Positions 40,022 through 53,433 of a stretch of DNA of 64,000 bases are shown here, piece after piece. The position numbers were made by a program, and so were the translations under genes. Each line of letters begins with the position of its first letter. The stretch's first letter is position 1. Location of the stretch: NCBI RefSeq assembly GCF_001194135.2, contig NC_068985.1, forward strand, positions 11,029,125 through 11,093,124, read 5' to 3'. The stretch is from Octopus bimaculoides. Taxonomy: Eukaryota. The notes under the pieces were generated by a model, which did no database searches, was not told where the DNA came from, and saw only the letters and a list, made by a program, of their open reading frames with translations.

Positions 40022-40228
40022 TCTTTTACTCCTTTACATGTTTCAGTCATTTGACTGCGGCCATAGTGGAGCACTGCCATTAGTCGAGCAAATCGATCCC
40101 AGGTCTTATTCTTTGTAAGCCTAATAGTTATTCTATCGGTCACTTTTGCTGAACCGCTAAGTTACGGGGACGTAAACACTCCAACATCAGTTGACAAGCG
40201 ATGGTGGGGAGCAAACACAGATGCACAA

Positions 40229-40260
<32 letters not shown>

Positions 40261-40457
40261 ACACACACACACATATATGCATATATATACGATGTGCTTC
40301 TTTCAGTTTCCGTCTACGAAATCCACTCACAAGGCTTTGGTCTGCTCGAGGAGGCCATAGTAGAAAACCCTTGTCCAATGTTACCATGCAGTGGGACTGA
40401 ACCCGGAACCAAGTAGTTGAGAAGCAAGCTTCTTACCACACAGCCACGCCTGCGCCT
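40022..40457 (-). mobile_element. SINE family A copy
   Basis: Full-length reverse-complement copy. Confidence 0.92.
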
Positions 40458-41365
40458 ACGCATACAGTATGTAATATTATATCCGCCTGCTGGCCTATAA
40501 TACTGAAACATGTTTCTTTTACATTCTAATACAACATAATTTGAATGTCGGCTTTGAAATTGTGACTTAGTGATTTCCGAAAATAAATACTTCACCATAT
40601 GATTTTCCACAATTACAAACCATGTCCCTGAAAAACATCACCTACGTAGTAGAGATCACCTACGTAGTAGAGGATATTCACCTAACAGAATTCCAGCCTA
40701 TCTGGTGTCATATAAAACACTTCAATTAAATGAGGATGCCGTATGAATTTTAAACCTAAGTGAATGGAGAATGTCCATATGAAAAAGGAAAATAACATGG
40801 AAATTAATGAAATTATTTTAAACCATTTTATTCATGATGATATGAAAATTTATCTCCTGCCATAAAATTAGACCTTAATGTATGCACAGAATGACACAAC
40901 ATAAAAGACATGTATTTCTCTATAATAATCTCGTTTTAGATAATTTTGGAACGAAAATGTTCCTGGCGTAGTAAAGTTCAAAGGGATGCTTATTGACTCT
41001 AGCATAAGGAACTCCGTATTCGAATGTCCATATTTGTATTATATGTTCTTTATTCATTTCCTACATACATAATATACATATACACACACATAGGTAGATA
41101 CATGCATAAATATATATATATATATACGTACGTACGAACATACATACATACGAGCATACATACATCGTGCATGCATACATACATACAGGTATGCATACAT
41201 GTATATATGTGTAAAATCAAAAATTGATTTTTTTATTACCCACAAGGGGCAAATTAACAAAGCAAAAATATGAATGTATGTATGCATCCTTATATATATG
41301 TATGTATACATACATACATATATATATATATATGTATACTTAAATAAAGAAGCATATATCTTCTA

Positions 41366-41419
<54 letters not shown>

Positions 41420-41449
41420 CCTATCTATCTTTCTGTCTGTCTGTCTGCC

Positions 41450-41525
<76 letters not shown>

Positions 41526-41855
41526 CATCGATGCACAGAACTTTGAAAACATACTGTGCTTGATCTCTGTTGGAAGTGTTATGAAACACAGACAGTTTTG
41601 TTTCCTCAAACTTATACTCTTATAGTCTTATAGTCTTATAGTTTCGTCAACAACATTTAGTTATTCCGGATACCAGAGATATTTTTTAATGATAATTACA
41701 ATAAATAAAATATGTGTGCTAAGAGAAAATTGAACAAGAGTAAAACAATAACGAGAGCAAAAGAATGACATCAGAGGGGTTATATTGAGCTTGGTAACCA
41801 CGAATAATTTTGTATATATACGCATAAGTGTGTGTGTATGTGTGTGTGTGTGTGT

Positions 41856-41886
<31 letters not shown>

Positions 41887-42094
41887 CTTGCATGTGTGGG
41901 TGCCTGTGTGTAACACTAATATTTGGTAAAGTGAGAGAAGCAGATATAATGAGTGAGCGTGATGTGTGTAAGGTATGATACATGAACAGAGATTGAATAA
42001 ATATTTATAGAAATAGGGCAGAAAACGAGACAAATATATGAAGAATATATTAGACAGCGGATGGTTATTGTATATAAGTAAGAATTCTTTTACT

Positions 42095-42295
42095 GTTAGC
42101 ACAAGGCCTGAAATGTTGTGGGAGGAAACTATTTGATTACATCGATCCCCAATGCTTGATTGATAGCCATTTCATCGACCCCGAAAGGATGAAAGGCAAA
42201 TCAATTCCGGCGGAATTTGAACTCAGGTTGTAAAACGGTGATAATGCTACTAAGCATTTTTCTGTCGCGGTAACGATTCTGTTAGCTCGCCACGA
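42095..42295 (-). mobile_element. SINE family B copy
   Basis: TCATCGACCCCGAAAGGATGAAAGGC..GGCGGAATTTGAACTCAG; head remnant GATTCTGTTAGCTCGCC. Confidence 0.85.
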
Positions 42296-43859
42296 TACGA
42301 ATATCTGATTAATGATTATTTTATTCCTGGTTGTACGAAAGAAATTATCGAGTAGACAATTGAATGTATTGCTGTATTGGACTATGTTAATTCTCATATT
42401 GAATTTACATCTCACCGGAAGTAAATTGCTTTTCATCAATCCTCATGAATTTTTGTCGAATCTTTCTAAAGTTATACATCTCTCTATATAACCAATAGAC
42501 TTCTTTATTTTCATTCGTTTATAGTACCAATGTGTTTTATGTACCAACATTGAATAATGAAATTATGCTTTGTATGGAACTACGGTTATTGTGTAAGGTA
42601 GATAATACGCTTAATAATTAACAAAGAAAACATTTTAATGGAAATATAATAATAACATATTTAATACATTGGAAATATTGAATCTCATTGTTACTCTATA
42701 ACAATAGTGAAGGTTCTATATTAACATGTCGGCATCATATTTGAAATAATCCCATCAAGGATAAATGAGAATTCAAAATCGTGTAAGTACTAAACAAATA
42801 CACATTGAAACTATATGTGAAAAATTATTTTTGAAAGCACTATTGAAATATGAAGCTCATATTTAAGTGGAATGGGTTATATTATAAAATGTGAATTGAA
42901 CATGCTTCTGTTGAAAAATATCGATGGAAAGTAAAATACATGTGGCGTTGAGAAATATATTTCAAATCATTCTGTTATTGTAACATATTTTAGGTAATAT
43001 TTTCCCTGGAAAACTAATCTTTTAGAAATATTGAGTATTTAATAATATCAATGTCCTTAAAAATTTATTTTCAGATGTATCAGATTTATATGTACGCAGA
43101 TGGTTTTTTCCCCCGTTTTTATTACTATTTAATGAACAACTGACGAATTCAATGCAACGGATACGTTATACACACTCAATGGTAAATACTTAACTGTGCT
43201 GTATTCTGGTCCTCTGCTTATAAACATTTCAGAAAACAAGTTATTGAATTATAAGAGTGCATTGTAAAATCATATGTGTGTAAGATATTAAATAAGTTTT
43301 CAGTACGAGTTTGTGTATGCGTTCTCAATTAGTTTATATATTAGTCATTATTCCGTCATTCTAATCAGAATATTATATGACAAGTTAGTTAAGAAATGCC
43401 GTTATCATGAGATTTGCTGAAATACAACTGTCACTTTCAATTCAAACTTTCTAATTCTTTGGAGACAATAATAATATTGATATCTCTCTAGACTATCGCA
43501 GTAACCACGTGTCAACATTAATATTAATGATAATATGTAAGAAATAAAAATTTAATACTGATGATAATTTCTGACTTTGAGACACAAGACCATAATTTTG
43601 AGGATAGGACGTAGTAGTTCAATTGTGGATAACAAAGTGTATAAGGATGATGTTGGTTGTTTTCTAATTCACTGACCGCAGTAAGATCAAATTACGATTG
43701 GATGGAATGCGATTTGAACATTGGACGTAAACTAATAGTAATAATTGTCACATTGTGTTGTGGGCTTCGTTCATCTTTCTATATCAGGTTTTAAAATATA
43801 CAGTTATAAAAGGAAATTTACATATATCCATTTTTCATAAGTCAAAGCATCACAGAGAA

Positions 43860-44050
43860 GACGAAGGATCACAATACCATCACTGTGGTCACCAACGTCT
43901 AGTATCCTTCTGTTCACGTCCTCCAGGAGCATGTACAGAATAGGTCCATGGTATACTACTCTCAGCTACCTGTCAATAAATGTACAGTGGGGGAATACAT
44001 CTAAATCTAACATCACCAAGTGAAACATCAAAATGTCGATGAGGAAGGCC
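43860..44050 (+). pseudogene. Degenerate L2/Crack-like LINE fragment (post-RT)
   Basis: Frame reads LSYLSINVQWGNTSKSNITK*, matching the Y...WGxTxKxNxxKL pattern. Confidence 0.4.
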
Positions 44051-44112
44051 GAGATAGAATATATATATACATACGTACATACATACATACACACACTCAC
44101 TCACACACACAG

Positions 44113-44161
<49 letters not shown>

Positions 44162-44162
<1 letters not shown>

Positions 44163-44570
44163 GATTTAGAGAAAAGAACCACAATACCTGAACTCATCCA
44201 TTAAAATCCACAGTCACATATAGAAAAATTTAATAAGTAAATACACTAAAAAGAAATATAATAAAATAGGAAGTAATAATTATCAAAATAATTATCAAAA
44301 TAATTATCAAAATAATAATTATTAAAATAATGATTTTTAAAATAATAATTAAAATAAGTCAAACCAAGTGTATTTACTTATTAAATTTTTCTATGTGACT
44401 GGATTTTCATGGATGAGTTCAGGAATTGTGGTTCTTTTCTCTAAATTATATATTTATATATCATATACCGTGAAAGTTAATTTAATTTTAATTTTGATAA
44501 ATGAAATTCATTTTTTTTACCTGTAAATATGGATTTTTATCCCTAATATTATTATCATAATTATATATAT
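44162..44570. repeat. Fold-back element: ~85-bp inverted repeat plus extension, embedded in (TA)n
   Basis: 44162-44246 is the reverse complement of about 44367-44450; spacer contains (ATAATTATCAAA)n. Confidence 0.8.
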
Positions 44571-46052
44571 ATATATATATAGCTTCTGTTCCTTTTAGTT
44601 TCGTCTGTCACAACGTCATTCGTGATAGCTAGCATGTAAAGAGAGAGATTGTCCCTGTTGTTTTCAACAAAAGGAAGGAAGTCAGCAGCCTGCTCTTCAC
44701 GGTGAATTCAGCTGAATCCGTCCTCCCCGCAATAATACCTGTTCATCAACCCAAGAAGTCAGAAATGCTCGGATACGTAAATAATGCATGCGAAACTTCC
44801 GTCGCTCTACAGTGTGTAGAACCGCTTCGGCTGATGTCATTCGTGCCTATAAGTATTTTATTTAACTGGTAATGTCATATTACTGGTGGCAATGCTTCAT
44901 TATTTCCAGCAATTTCTCGAAGTTATCCATTGTTCCTGAGCCAAATCTTCTAAAGCAGTCCACCCAATATATTTTCATCGTCAAAACTTTTCCCAACAAC
45001 TTCATTGCAAATCCATTCCGCTAACTTCAAGGATAAAAAGCCCACGAGAAAGTTCCACCAACTACATTGCCCGACGACTGGGTAATGTCTTACTTCATCA
45101 CCCCACTCTGGATTGATGACGAGCGCACTCTATAATATATTTTCCTATATCACTCTCTCTTTTTAAAAAAGCTATTTATTCTGATCTGATTATCGTCTTT
45201 AACACGTCCCACCAATATGTAGTGACGATAATCTCCATCAACTATCACTCATAATAATTCAATCACATGACCATTGTTACATTTCTGCGCCTACGATGAC
45301 TCGTTCAACTTGTCATGCCTATTGCGTCCCTTTATGACTACTGAGCTTTTAACAGTTTTGTAATCTTGAACTGTGTATATACAGCGGATAGGGATGGTCA
45401 ACCATCGCTATCACCTGGTGAACAAACACTCTCTTTTAATACGATCTGGGCGGTCCTCTCTACTTAATCCATGTACGCATGCCTATAATCACCGTTAATA
45501 ACAACAACAATAGTAATAACAACAAAGAACAAGAGCCACGACAACGATTATAAAAACAAGAGCAATATGAACAACAACAGCAACAACAACAATAAAAACA
45601 ATAACAACTGCAATGAATATAACTTAAAACACAACATCTAATGAAAGGAAATTTAAAAGATAGGGAAATGGAAGGCTTCTAAATTGCAACAAATGCACAT
45701 GTTCAGGAAAAGTGTTGTATTAAATGAAACCCTGTTGTATATATGGCTTTTGAATATTTAATAGAATACAATTAATGGTTATTGTAAATCAATCCGTGTT
45801 TAAATTCTTAATATAATGAAATATACTTAATTTTAACCTGTAATTCAAGTATTGCTGTCATATTTACATGTAACGATAAACAAATCAACAATACATTATT
45901 CTAAATGATGTGAAAAATAGTAGTAACTATACATACACGTCAAGTATGTAATGGATGAAAATGTTATAAATATATATAACTATATGACTGTATGTATGTA
46001 TGTATGTATGTATGTATGTATGTATGCATGCATGCATATATGTATGTATATA

Positions 46053-46116
<64 letters not shown>

Positions 46117-46446
46117 TGTGTGTGTATGTGTGTGTGTATGTGTGTGTGTGTATTTATGTATGTATGTATTATCAGAAAATGGAGTAAACTTTGATCAGCA
46201 AACTAACAATTTGAACCACATCGGTTGATTATTTTTCAATGCGAAACATGTCATAACATTTCTTACGGTTGTTTCCGCTTCCTATGTTAGTCGGTGCTAC
46301 CGAAAGGAATTCCGAAAATAATATTCGTCATCCTCATAGCACATTCGATTTAGTAGATGGAGCTTCATCAGAGTGAATACAAATGCGTAAAATAAAATGA
46401 AAGAATGGAAGAGAAGACTCTTTTACCTATCGACTACTACTACTAC

Positions 46447-46492
<46 letters not shown>

Positions 46493-47746
46493 NNNNNNNN
46501 NNNNNNNNNNNNNNNNNNNNNNNNNNNNNNNNNNNNNNNNNNNNNNNNNNNNNNNNNNNNNNNNNNNNNNNNNNNNNNNNNNNNNNNNNNNNNNNNNNNN
46601 NNNNNNNNNNNNNNNNNNNNNNNNNNNNNNNNNNNNNNNNNNNNNNNNNNNNNNNNNNNNNNNNNNNNNNNNNNNNNNNNNNNNNNNNNNNNNNNNNNNN
46701 NNNNNNNNNNNNNNNNNNNNNNNNNNNNNNNNNNNNNNNNNNNNNNNNNNNNNNNNNNNNNNNNNNNNNNNNNNNNNNNNNNNNNNNNNNNNNNNNNNNN
46801 NNNNNNNNNNNNNNNNNNNNNNNNNNNNNNNNNNNNNNNNTATATATATGCATGTACGCATTTAGGTAGGTAGGTATATAGATTTCCTTCGCTAACTCGG
46901 TTTAACCGGAAGGAGTTTAGAAACAAGTTTTTATAGAAGACATTACGATCAGGCGATTCCTGTACACGAAAATGTAACAACAAAGAGCAGAGCATACATA
47001 GACTGACATGCCTTTAATGGAGTGTAAAATTATTAGGCAGCAATTGAAGGTGTTGCATTGTGGGCGGGAAGGAATTGTATGGACATTTCCAAATGACTTG
47101 TGTTTACATTACAAATAGTAAATATGTAACGATTATTGGACTTCGTTCAATAATTTCTGCTTTTATTTCTAAGACAATTTATTACACCTACAAGTATACA
47201 TACGAAGACGCGTGCATTCATACATAGATTCATGCGTATATTCATGTCTACATACTAACGCTTAGAAATAAAGTCTGATCAATGAACACCGTGGATACAA
47301 AGGCTTTACACTTGTTAAGGCTGAACAGACGATAAAACAATGGAAGTAATGTTATCAGATGAGATTATAGCTTTTATTTAGCTCCTAACTCCTACGCTTG
47401 TATATATCAATTGAGTTGGATAAATAAAAATCCTGCACGTGTATGAATATATGTGATAATCGTAAGTACGTATATGGCTAGACACGCATTTCGCATACAT
47501 ACATAGGTAAATAGATGTGGGTATATGCGAAAGTGGATAATGTATATAGATGCATACACACAAACGCACACGTATACAGAAACTAAACAAATGTAAATTA
47601 TATATATAATAATATATATGCATATGAATAGATGTATGTATAGATATATGTGTATGTTTACGTAAATATTTACTTAAATATATAAATAGATGAGGAAACA
47701 GAAGCCTGGGTAGACTGACAGATAGATAGATAGATAGATAGATAGT

Positions 47747-47782
<36 letters not shown>

Positions 47783-49282
47783 GAACAAGAGAGAGAGAAA
47801 TACAAACATATACACATGCGTCAGACAAGGGAGAAAGGGAATAAAAGATAGAGATACAGTGTGAGATGGAGTGGATTCTGGAATCGTGTAAAATTTGTAG
47901 CGATTCGCCAATGGCCTTTTATGTTAGAACGTAGAGATTTAATTCAATATCGCGCATATATTAATATAGTTGAACATTTCGCTTTTATGAATGGATCAAA
48001 ATAATAATTCAATCGTTTCAGTTGATATTGCAAATGGAGCAACAGTTTTAGGTAATTATTTGAATAGGATGTAGTGAATGTTGAAAGAGCGTCTCTCCAT
48101 TTACAAAACCAGACATCAAACGTGAACGGCGTATATGCAGTGACTAAAAGGCCATAGTGTGATACGGATGGGTTCATGTTGAAATGGTTTTGACATTTTT
48201 TTTCTTCTCATTAACAATGAAAGAGAAAACTGAAAATGAATGGAATAGTTTGATTAATTAATATTGAATGTGATATGATGTGAACAAAGCAATATGGAAA
48301 TAACTTGAATACATATTTACACGTCCCTTCGTTTACATGTATTTTAAAAATAAATCAGGAACGTGCACATGTATATGCATATGTGTGTATGTTAATTTAT
48401 TGAGCACCCAGGCTAAAATAGCATATTTTTAGAGATATATAATGCGTACGTTTCAATATATACATTCCAGTATACGTACATGTATGTTGCTACATACACC
48501 CTAATATATATATATATATATATATANNNNNNNNNNNNNNNNNNNNNNNNNNNNNNNNNNNNNNNNNNNNNNNNNNNNNNNNNNNNNNNNNNNNNNNNNN
48601 NNNNNNNNNNNNNNNNNNNNNNNNNNNNNNNNNNNNNNNNNNNNNNNNNNNNNNNNNNNNNNNNNNNNNNNNNNNNNNNNNNNNNNNNNNNNNNNNNNNN
48701 NNNNNNNNNNNNNNNNNNNNNNNNNNNNNNNNNNNNNNNNNNNNNNNNNNNNNNNNNNNNNNNNNNNNNNNNNNNNNNNNNNNNNNNNNNNNNNNNNNNN
48801 NNNNNNNNNNNNNNNNNNNNNNNNNNNNNNNNNNNNNNNNNNNNNNNNNNNNNNNNNNNNNNNNNNNNNNNNNNNNNNNNNNNNNNNNNNNNNNNNNNNN
48901 NNNNNNNNNNNNNNNNNNNNNNNNNNNNNNNNNNNNNNNNNNNNNNNNNNNNNNNNNNNNNNNNNNNNNNNNNNNNNNNNNNNNNNNNNNNNNNNNNNNN
49001 NNNNNNNNNNNNNNNNNNNNNNNNNNNNNNNNNNNNNNNNNNNNNNNNNNNNNNNNNNNNNNNNNNNNNNNNNNNNNNNNNNNNNNNNNNNNNNNNNNNN
49101 NNNNNNNNNNNNNNNNNNNNNNNNNNNNNNNNNNNNNNNNNNNNNNNNNNNNNNNNNNNNNNNNNNNNNNNNNNNNNNNNNNNNNNNNNNNNNNNNNNNN
49201 NNNNNNNNNNNNNNNNNNNNNNNNNNNNNNNNNNNNNNNNNNNNNNNNNNNNNNNNNNNNNNNNNNNNNNNNNNNNNNNNNN

Positions 49283-49363
<81 letters not shown>

Positions 49364-50143
49364 AGTGTATGTAATATATATATATATATTTATTCACTCA
49401 CACTCACTCACACACACACACTCACACACACTCACACAGATATATATATATAAAATCAGTGTACATTTAAACACAAAAGAGGCGACTCGTAACAGGCAGC
49501 CTTGTATGCTTATATTTCTACCTTTTTGTTAATATATCCCACTTAATAACACCCTGAATAACCATAAAGTTTATCTCAGTACAATATAACAACATTGTTT
49601 TAAAACTTTTAACTATAGAACTACATGATAAGACTTCCCTTCTTTCACTATTAATGGTCTGCTAGTGGATGACCCCCTTAGTTGTCAGCCAACATCTTGT
49701 TTTAAGTTTTCCTTTAATAACCTCATGATTTTTATGACGATACCAAATATGATTTCTGTCTGCGCTCTCAGCCCTAACCCTAACAGATAATGCACTTTAT
49801 TCTCTCAGCCTTAGATATAGAAGGTTTTATAAACTAGTCGGTAAATTAAAACCGACCCCATAAAAACAAATAAAATCAGTGACATGCAGAGTCTTCTTGA
49901 CAATTGATTTATTAACTTCTATGTTTTAGTAGAAGCAACATGTTCTTTGTCAATCTCCTTAACTTTTTGGTGATTTTGTGTATAATTAAACTAATGTGTC
50001 CATCTATTTTAATTTGATTAAATTCTATGTCTTTGTGCAGCTGAGGATTGCTCTGCATTTTAAATTGATGTAATGATTGCTTTGTTAAATTGAATGAAAC
50101 GATCGTACTGCATTACCTCTCGATATCCTTGTTGCTTATTTTG

Positions 50144-50177
<34 letters not shown>

Positions 50178-50178
<1 letters not shown>

Positions 50179-50349
50179 CAGTTCTATATTTAAGAGATGA
50201 GGAATTATGTACATTATTTACATTATTTATATTTGAAGGATATTTGTCCTCATCTTGTTTGTTGTTAACACAACGTTTCGGCTGAAATACCCTCCACCCT
50301 TCATCAGGTATCTTGAAGAAATTTCGAACCTGGGTTTTCATTCCTTAGG
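50178..50349 (-). mobile_element. SINE family D, 3' tail only, inverted relative to the adjacent full copy
   Basis: Reverse complement of the D tail including a near-intact hammerhead motif (50266-50312, one helix II mismatch). Confidence 0.9.
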
Positions 50350-50359
50350 AACGAGAACC

Positions 50360-50427
50360 CATATGGCGTAGTGGATAAGAGCGCGGGCTACTAACCCCAA
50401 GATTCCGAGTTCAATTCCAGGCAGTGA

Positions 50428-50505
<78 letters not shown>

Positions 50506-50662
50506 TAACATCGAAAACTACTTTAGGAATGACAACCCAGGTTCGAAAGTTTCCCAAGACACCTGATGAAGGCTGGAGGGTATGTCAGCCGAAACGTTGT
50601 GTTAACAACAAAGATGAGGACAAATATCCGTCAAATGTAAATAATATAAATAATATAAATAA
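50360..50662 (+). mobile_element. Full-length SINE family D copy
   Basis: Box A TGGCGTAGTGG (50364-50374), box B GTTCAATTCC (50409-50418), (AAT)n, tail. Confidence 0.93.
50558..50603 (+). ncRNA. Predicted minimal type I hammerhead ribozyme (Penelope-type)
   Basis: Helix I GACAC/GTGTT; core CTGATGA (50563-50569) plus one extra A; helix II GGCTG/CAGCC; GAAA; palindromic ACGT as helix III; predicted cleavage after GUU at 50598. Structure match only, activity untested. Confidence 0.7.
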
Positions 50663-50899
50663 TATATATTATCTACATTATATATATATATACATATATA
50701 TACGCCATTAGTTGATAATTTACGAAACAAAATTTTATATTAAAGACATGAATATGTTCATACCGACCTGGAATATGTTACTGGTCATCATCTATAAATA
50801 GTGAGAATGTGACCGTCATTTTTCCGCCGATGTTACCACTCGACAACGCTGCCATCTCTTCAGAAATGCGATCCGAAATTGCATACATACGGTGGCGAT

Positions 50900-51160
50900 G
50901 TAGGTACACAACATTTACGTTTAAGGTAATCGGTTCTTGATCGTAAGGGCGTTAGTTCGATGCTGGTGGTGCGTTTTGTCCTTGAGCAAGATACGTTATT
51001 TCACGTTGCTCCAGTCCACTCAGCTGGCAAAAATGAGAACTTCCATAAGAGTACGAGTGTTTCTGGAGTTCTCACTCACATGCACGTTTATTTAAGGAGG
51101 AAGTTGTTTCGCTGATCGGATCAACTGTAATCTTTGTTGTCGTTATCGACCGAGAACCAG
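50900..51160 (+). mobile_element. CORE-type SINE family C (internally deleted)
   Basis: GTCCTTGAGCAAGATAC..TTGCTCCAGTCCACTCAGCTG and tail GATCGGATCAACTG. Confidence 0.75.
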
Positions 51161-52559
51161 TATATGTTTGTATATTTGTACGTATATATGTATACAATTC
51201 AGTTGTGATAAGAAATTCGCTGATAATAATTGGTGAATGATACTCAATCGATGAAATGTCTTCTCCGAATATACTTAAAAATATAGACAGTAATGAATCG
51301 CTCGACAACGAAATTTGTGAAATTTGAATTTATAGATTGAACTGAAGTGATTTCATTTCAAAATCACGAAATAAAAACATGGACTATCCTTATCCTAAAA
51401 GCGCCACATCGTATAAGTGTAATCAAGGGAGGAAATGGTAGAAAACAGCCTAAATTATTAAATGAGAACTGAGGATTTTGTTAAAGAATATTCTACGGTA
51501 CACAGCTGGAAAATAGGTATAACGAATCAAAGATTAGTTAGAAACGGAAAATAGATTTCAAAGGAATAAAAAGTTTCTGACAAGAAGCGTTCCAGAGGAA
51601 GAAATGGGCTTCTATATTTTCCCTTCCATACAAAAGAATTTTAATTACACGCTATGTGAAATGAAGCTCCTTATCCTCTTCCACTTCCGAGGTATGTTAC
51701 TACTACTACTACTACTGCTACTAATACTGGCAGCATCGGTAGCGCCGCCATTACATCCGCCATCACCACCAGCACCATCTCTACTACTACTAGTAGTAGA
51801 AGCGGAAAGACGCTTCTAAATCGTGCATTTTGGACTTTAGCTTAGAATTTGAACACACAATGTAAACATTATTAGTAAAATGATGCAATGCGTTTTCCTA
51901 TGTGCTACTAATACGTTTAGTCATTCCTCTTTTAACTAAGGGAATGTAATACTAACGAAAACAGTAACAACAATATCGTAAAATTAAAGGCAAAAAGGTG
52001 TTCGTGAAAGAAAGTTAGACAACGGCCATAGAAACGTAACTGACAAACTGAATACAGTTAACAAAATGATAATAGTAATAATTTCCGATGAAGGCAGAGA
52101 GCCACAAACTTGGGAGAAGAGGTTATTGGCTAAAAAACAAAACAAAACAAAACAAAAAACAAAAACAAACAAGCAAGCAAGTAAAAGAACACTCCAGTTC
52201 TCCAATTATCACTTTAATTCATAGACTAGATAAAGAGATGGCAGGCGTTGAAATTGGCTGGATTTCAATTCAAACGTAAACGAGTGGAACGATAATCACA
52301 AATTATTTTGTCCAAAGCTCCGAATATTCTTCCAGAAACAACGGCTTCAGCTGTCGGAAATATCATTAGTTACACAATTTTCAACATTGGCACAAAGCTA
52401 CAAATAGTGTGTTAAGACGTTGGAACCTTATTTTCTCGGTACAGAATAACGAAAAGATGAATTTCATTTCATATTACTGGGATTTGAACTTCGAACATCA
52501 AGTCTGGAACAAATAACGTGATGCAAGTTACTGAATCTCCTTCTCTGCATGGATAGTAA

Positions 52560-52890
52560 TCGCACGTGAGATAGCGGTTAGTGAATTCAGCTCCCGATCA
52601 TGAGGACCTGTGTTCGGTGTCGGGTAGCGCGCGCGTTGTGTCCTTGAGCAAGTCACTTTATTTCACGTTGCTCCAGTCCACTCAGCTGACAAGAATGAGT
52701 ACTACCTGTATATTCAAAAAGCCATCTTTGTCCCATTCTTTACCATGTTGAATCTGCCTGAGAACTAACTTCTGAGAACTACGCTTGTCTGTAGAGTACT
52801 CAGCCAGTTACACGTCAATTTCAAGATCAGGCTGTTCCCTTGATCGTATCAACTGGAACAGTCTTCGTCATAACCAACAGAGTGCCATTT
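52560..52890 (+). mobile_element. CORE-type SINE family C
   Basis: tRNA-like head, GTGTCCTTGAGCAAGTCACTT..GCTCCAGTCCACTCAGCTG, tail GATCGTATCAACTGGAAC..GAGTGCC. Confidence 0.8.
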
Positions 52891-53182
52891 TTTGTCCTTG
52901 GAATATATCTTTTTGTTGGTTTACACCTGTTCCTTAATGGGAACTTTCAGTTAATCCGACGATTCATCTCCTCTTAAACATGTCTCAACATGCAGCTCTT
53001 TTTGCTATAAACTTTTATGTTTAATTGGTTTGTTTCAGTATCAAATTTATGCACAGGATTTTTTATTTCATCAACTTTCGTGCTACTAATAACCAAAAAT
53101 TGCAAATAACAAGAAAATCATAAATTTTAGTAATCACGATAAAAATTATTCCAATTTATAATTTATATATAAAGGTTTACAT

Positions 53183-53336
53183 AGGCGTAGGAGTGGCTGT
53201 GTGGTAAGTAGCTTGCTTACCAATGACATGGTTCCGGGTTCAGTCCCACTGCGTGGCACCTTGGGCAAGTGTCTTCTACTATAGCCTCGGGCCTTGTGAG
53301 TGGATTTGGTAGACGGAAACTGAAAGAAGCCCGTCG

Positions 53337-53433
<97 letters not shown>

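Noticed and set aside
46350-46380. Additional CTGATGA motif on the minus strand as a hammerhead
   Set aside because: No downstream GAAAC or paired helices.
46900-47010. HYDQAIPVHENVT resembling an acetylcholine or chemotactile receptor N-terminus
   Set aside because: It needs a frameshift, stops follow immediately, and no Cys-loop or TM region is present.
48020-48049. 30-nt micro-exon (DIANGATVL) and a short MKLLILFHFR|GTATGT exon near 51661
   Set aside because: Good splice dinucleotides, but too short to distinguish from chance.
49600-50050. Possible Penelope RT remnant adjacent to the family-D pair
   Set aside because: Only a fragmentary KQDVG..GSS similarity with no YVDD motif; needs an HMM search.
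50364-50430. tRNA gene
   Set aside because: It has boxes A and B and tRNA-like arms, but no acceptor stem closure; it is a repeated SINE head.
51700-51810. Poly-Leu/Pro-rich ORF
   Set aside because: It is a degenerate (CTA/CCA)n trinucleotide tract.
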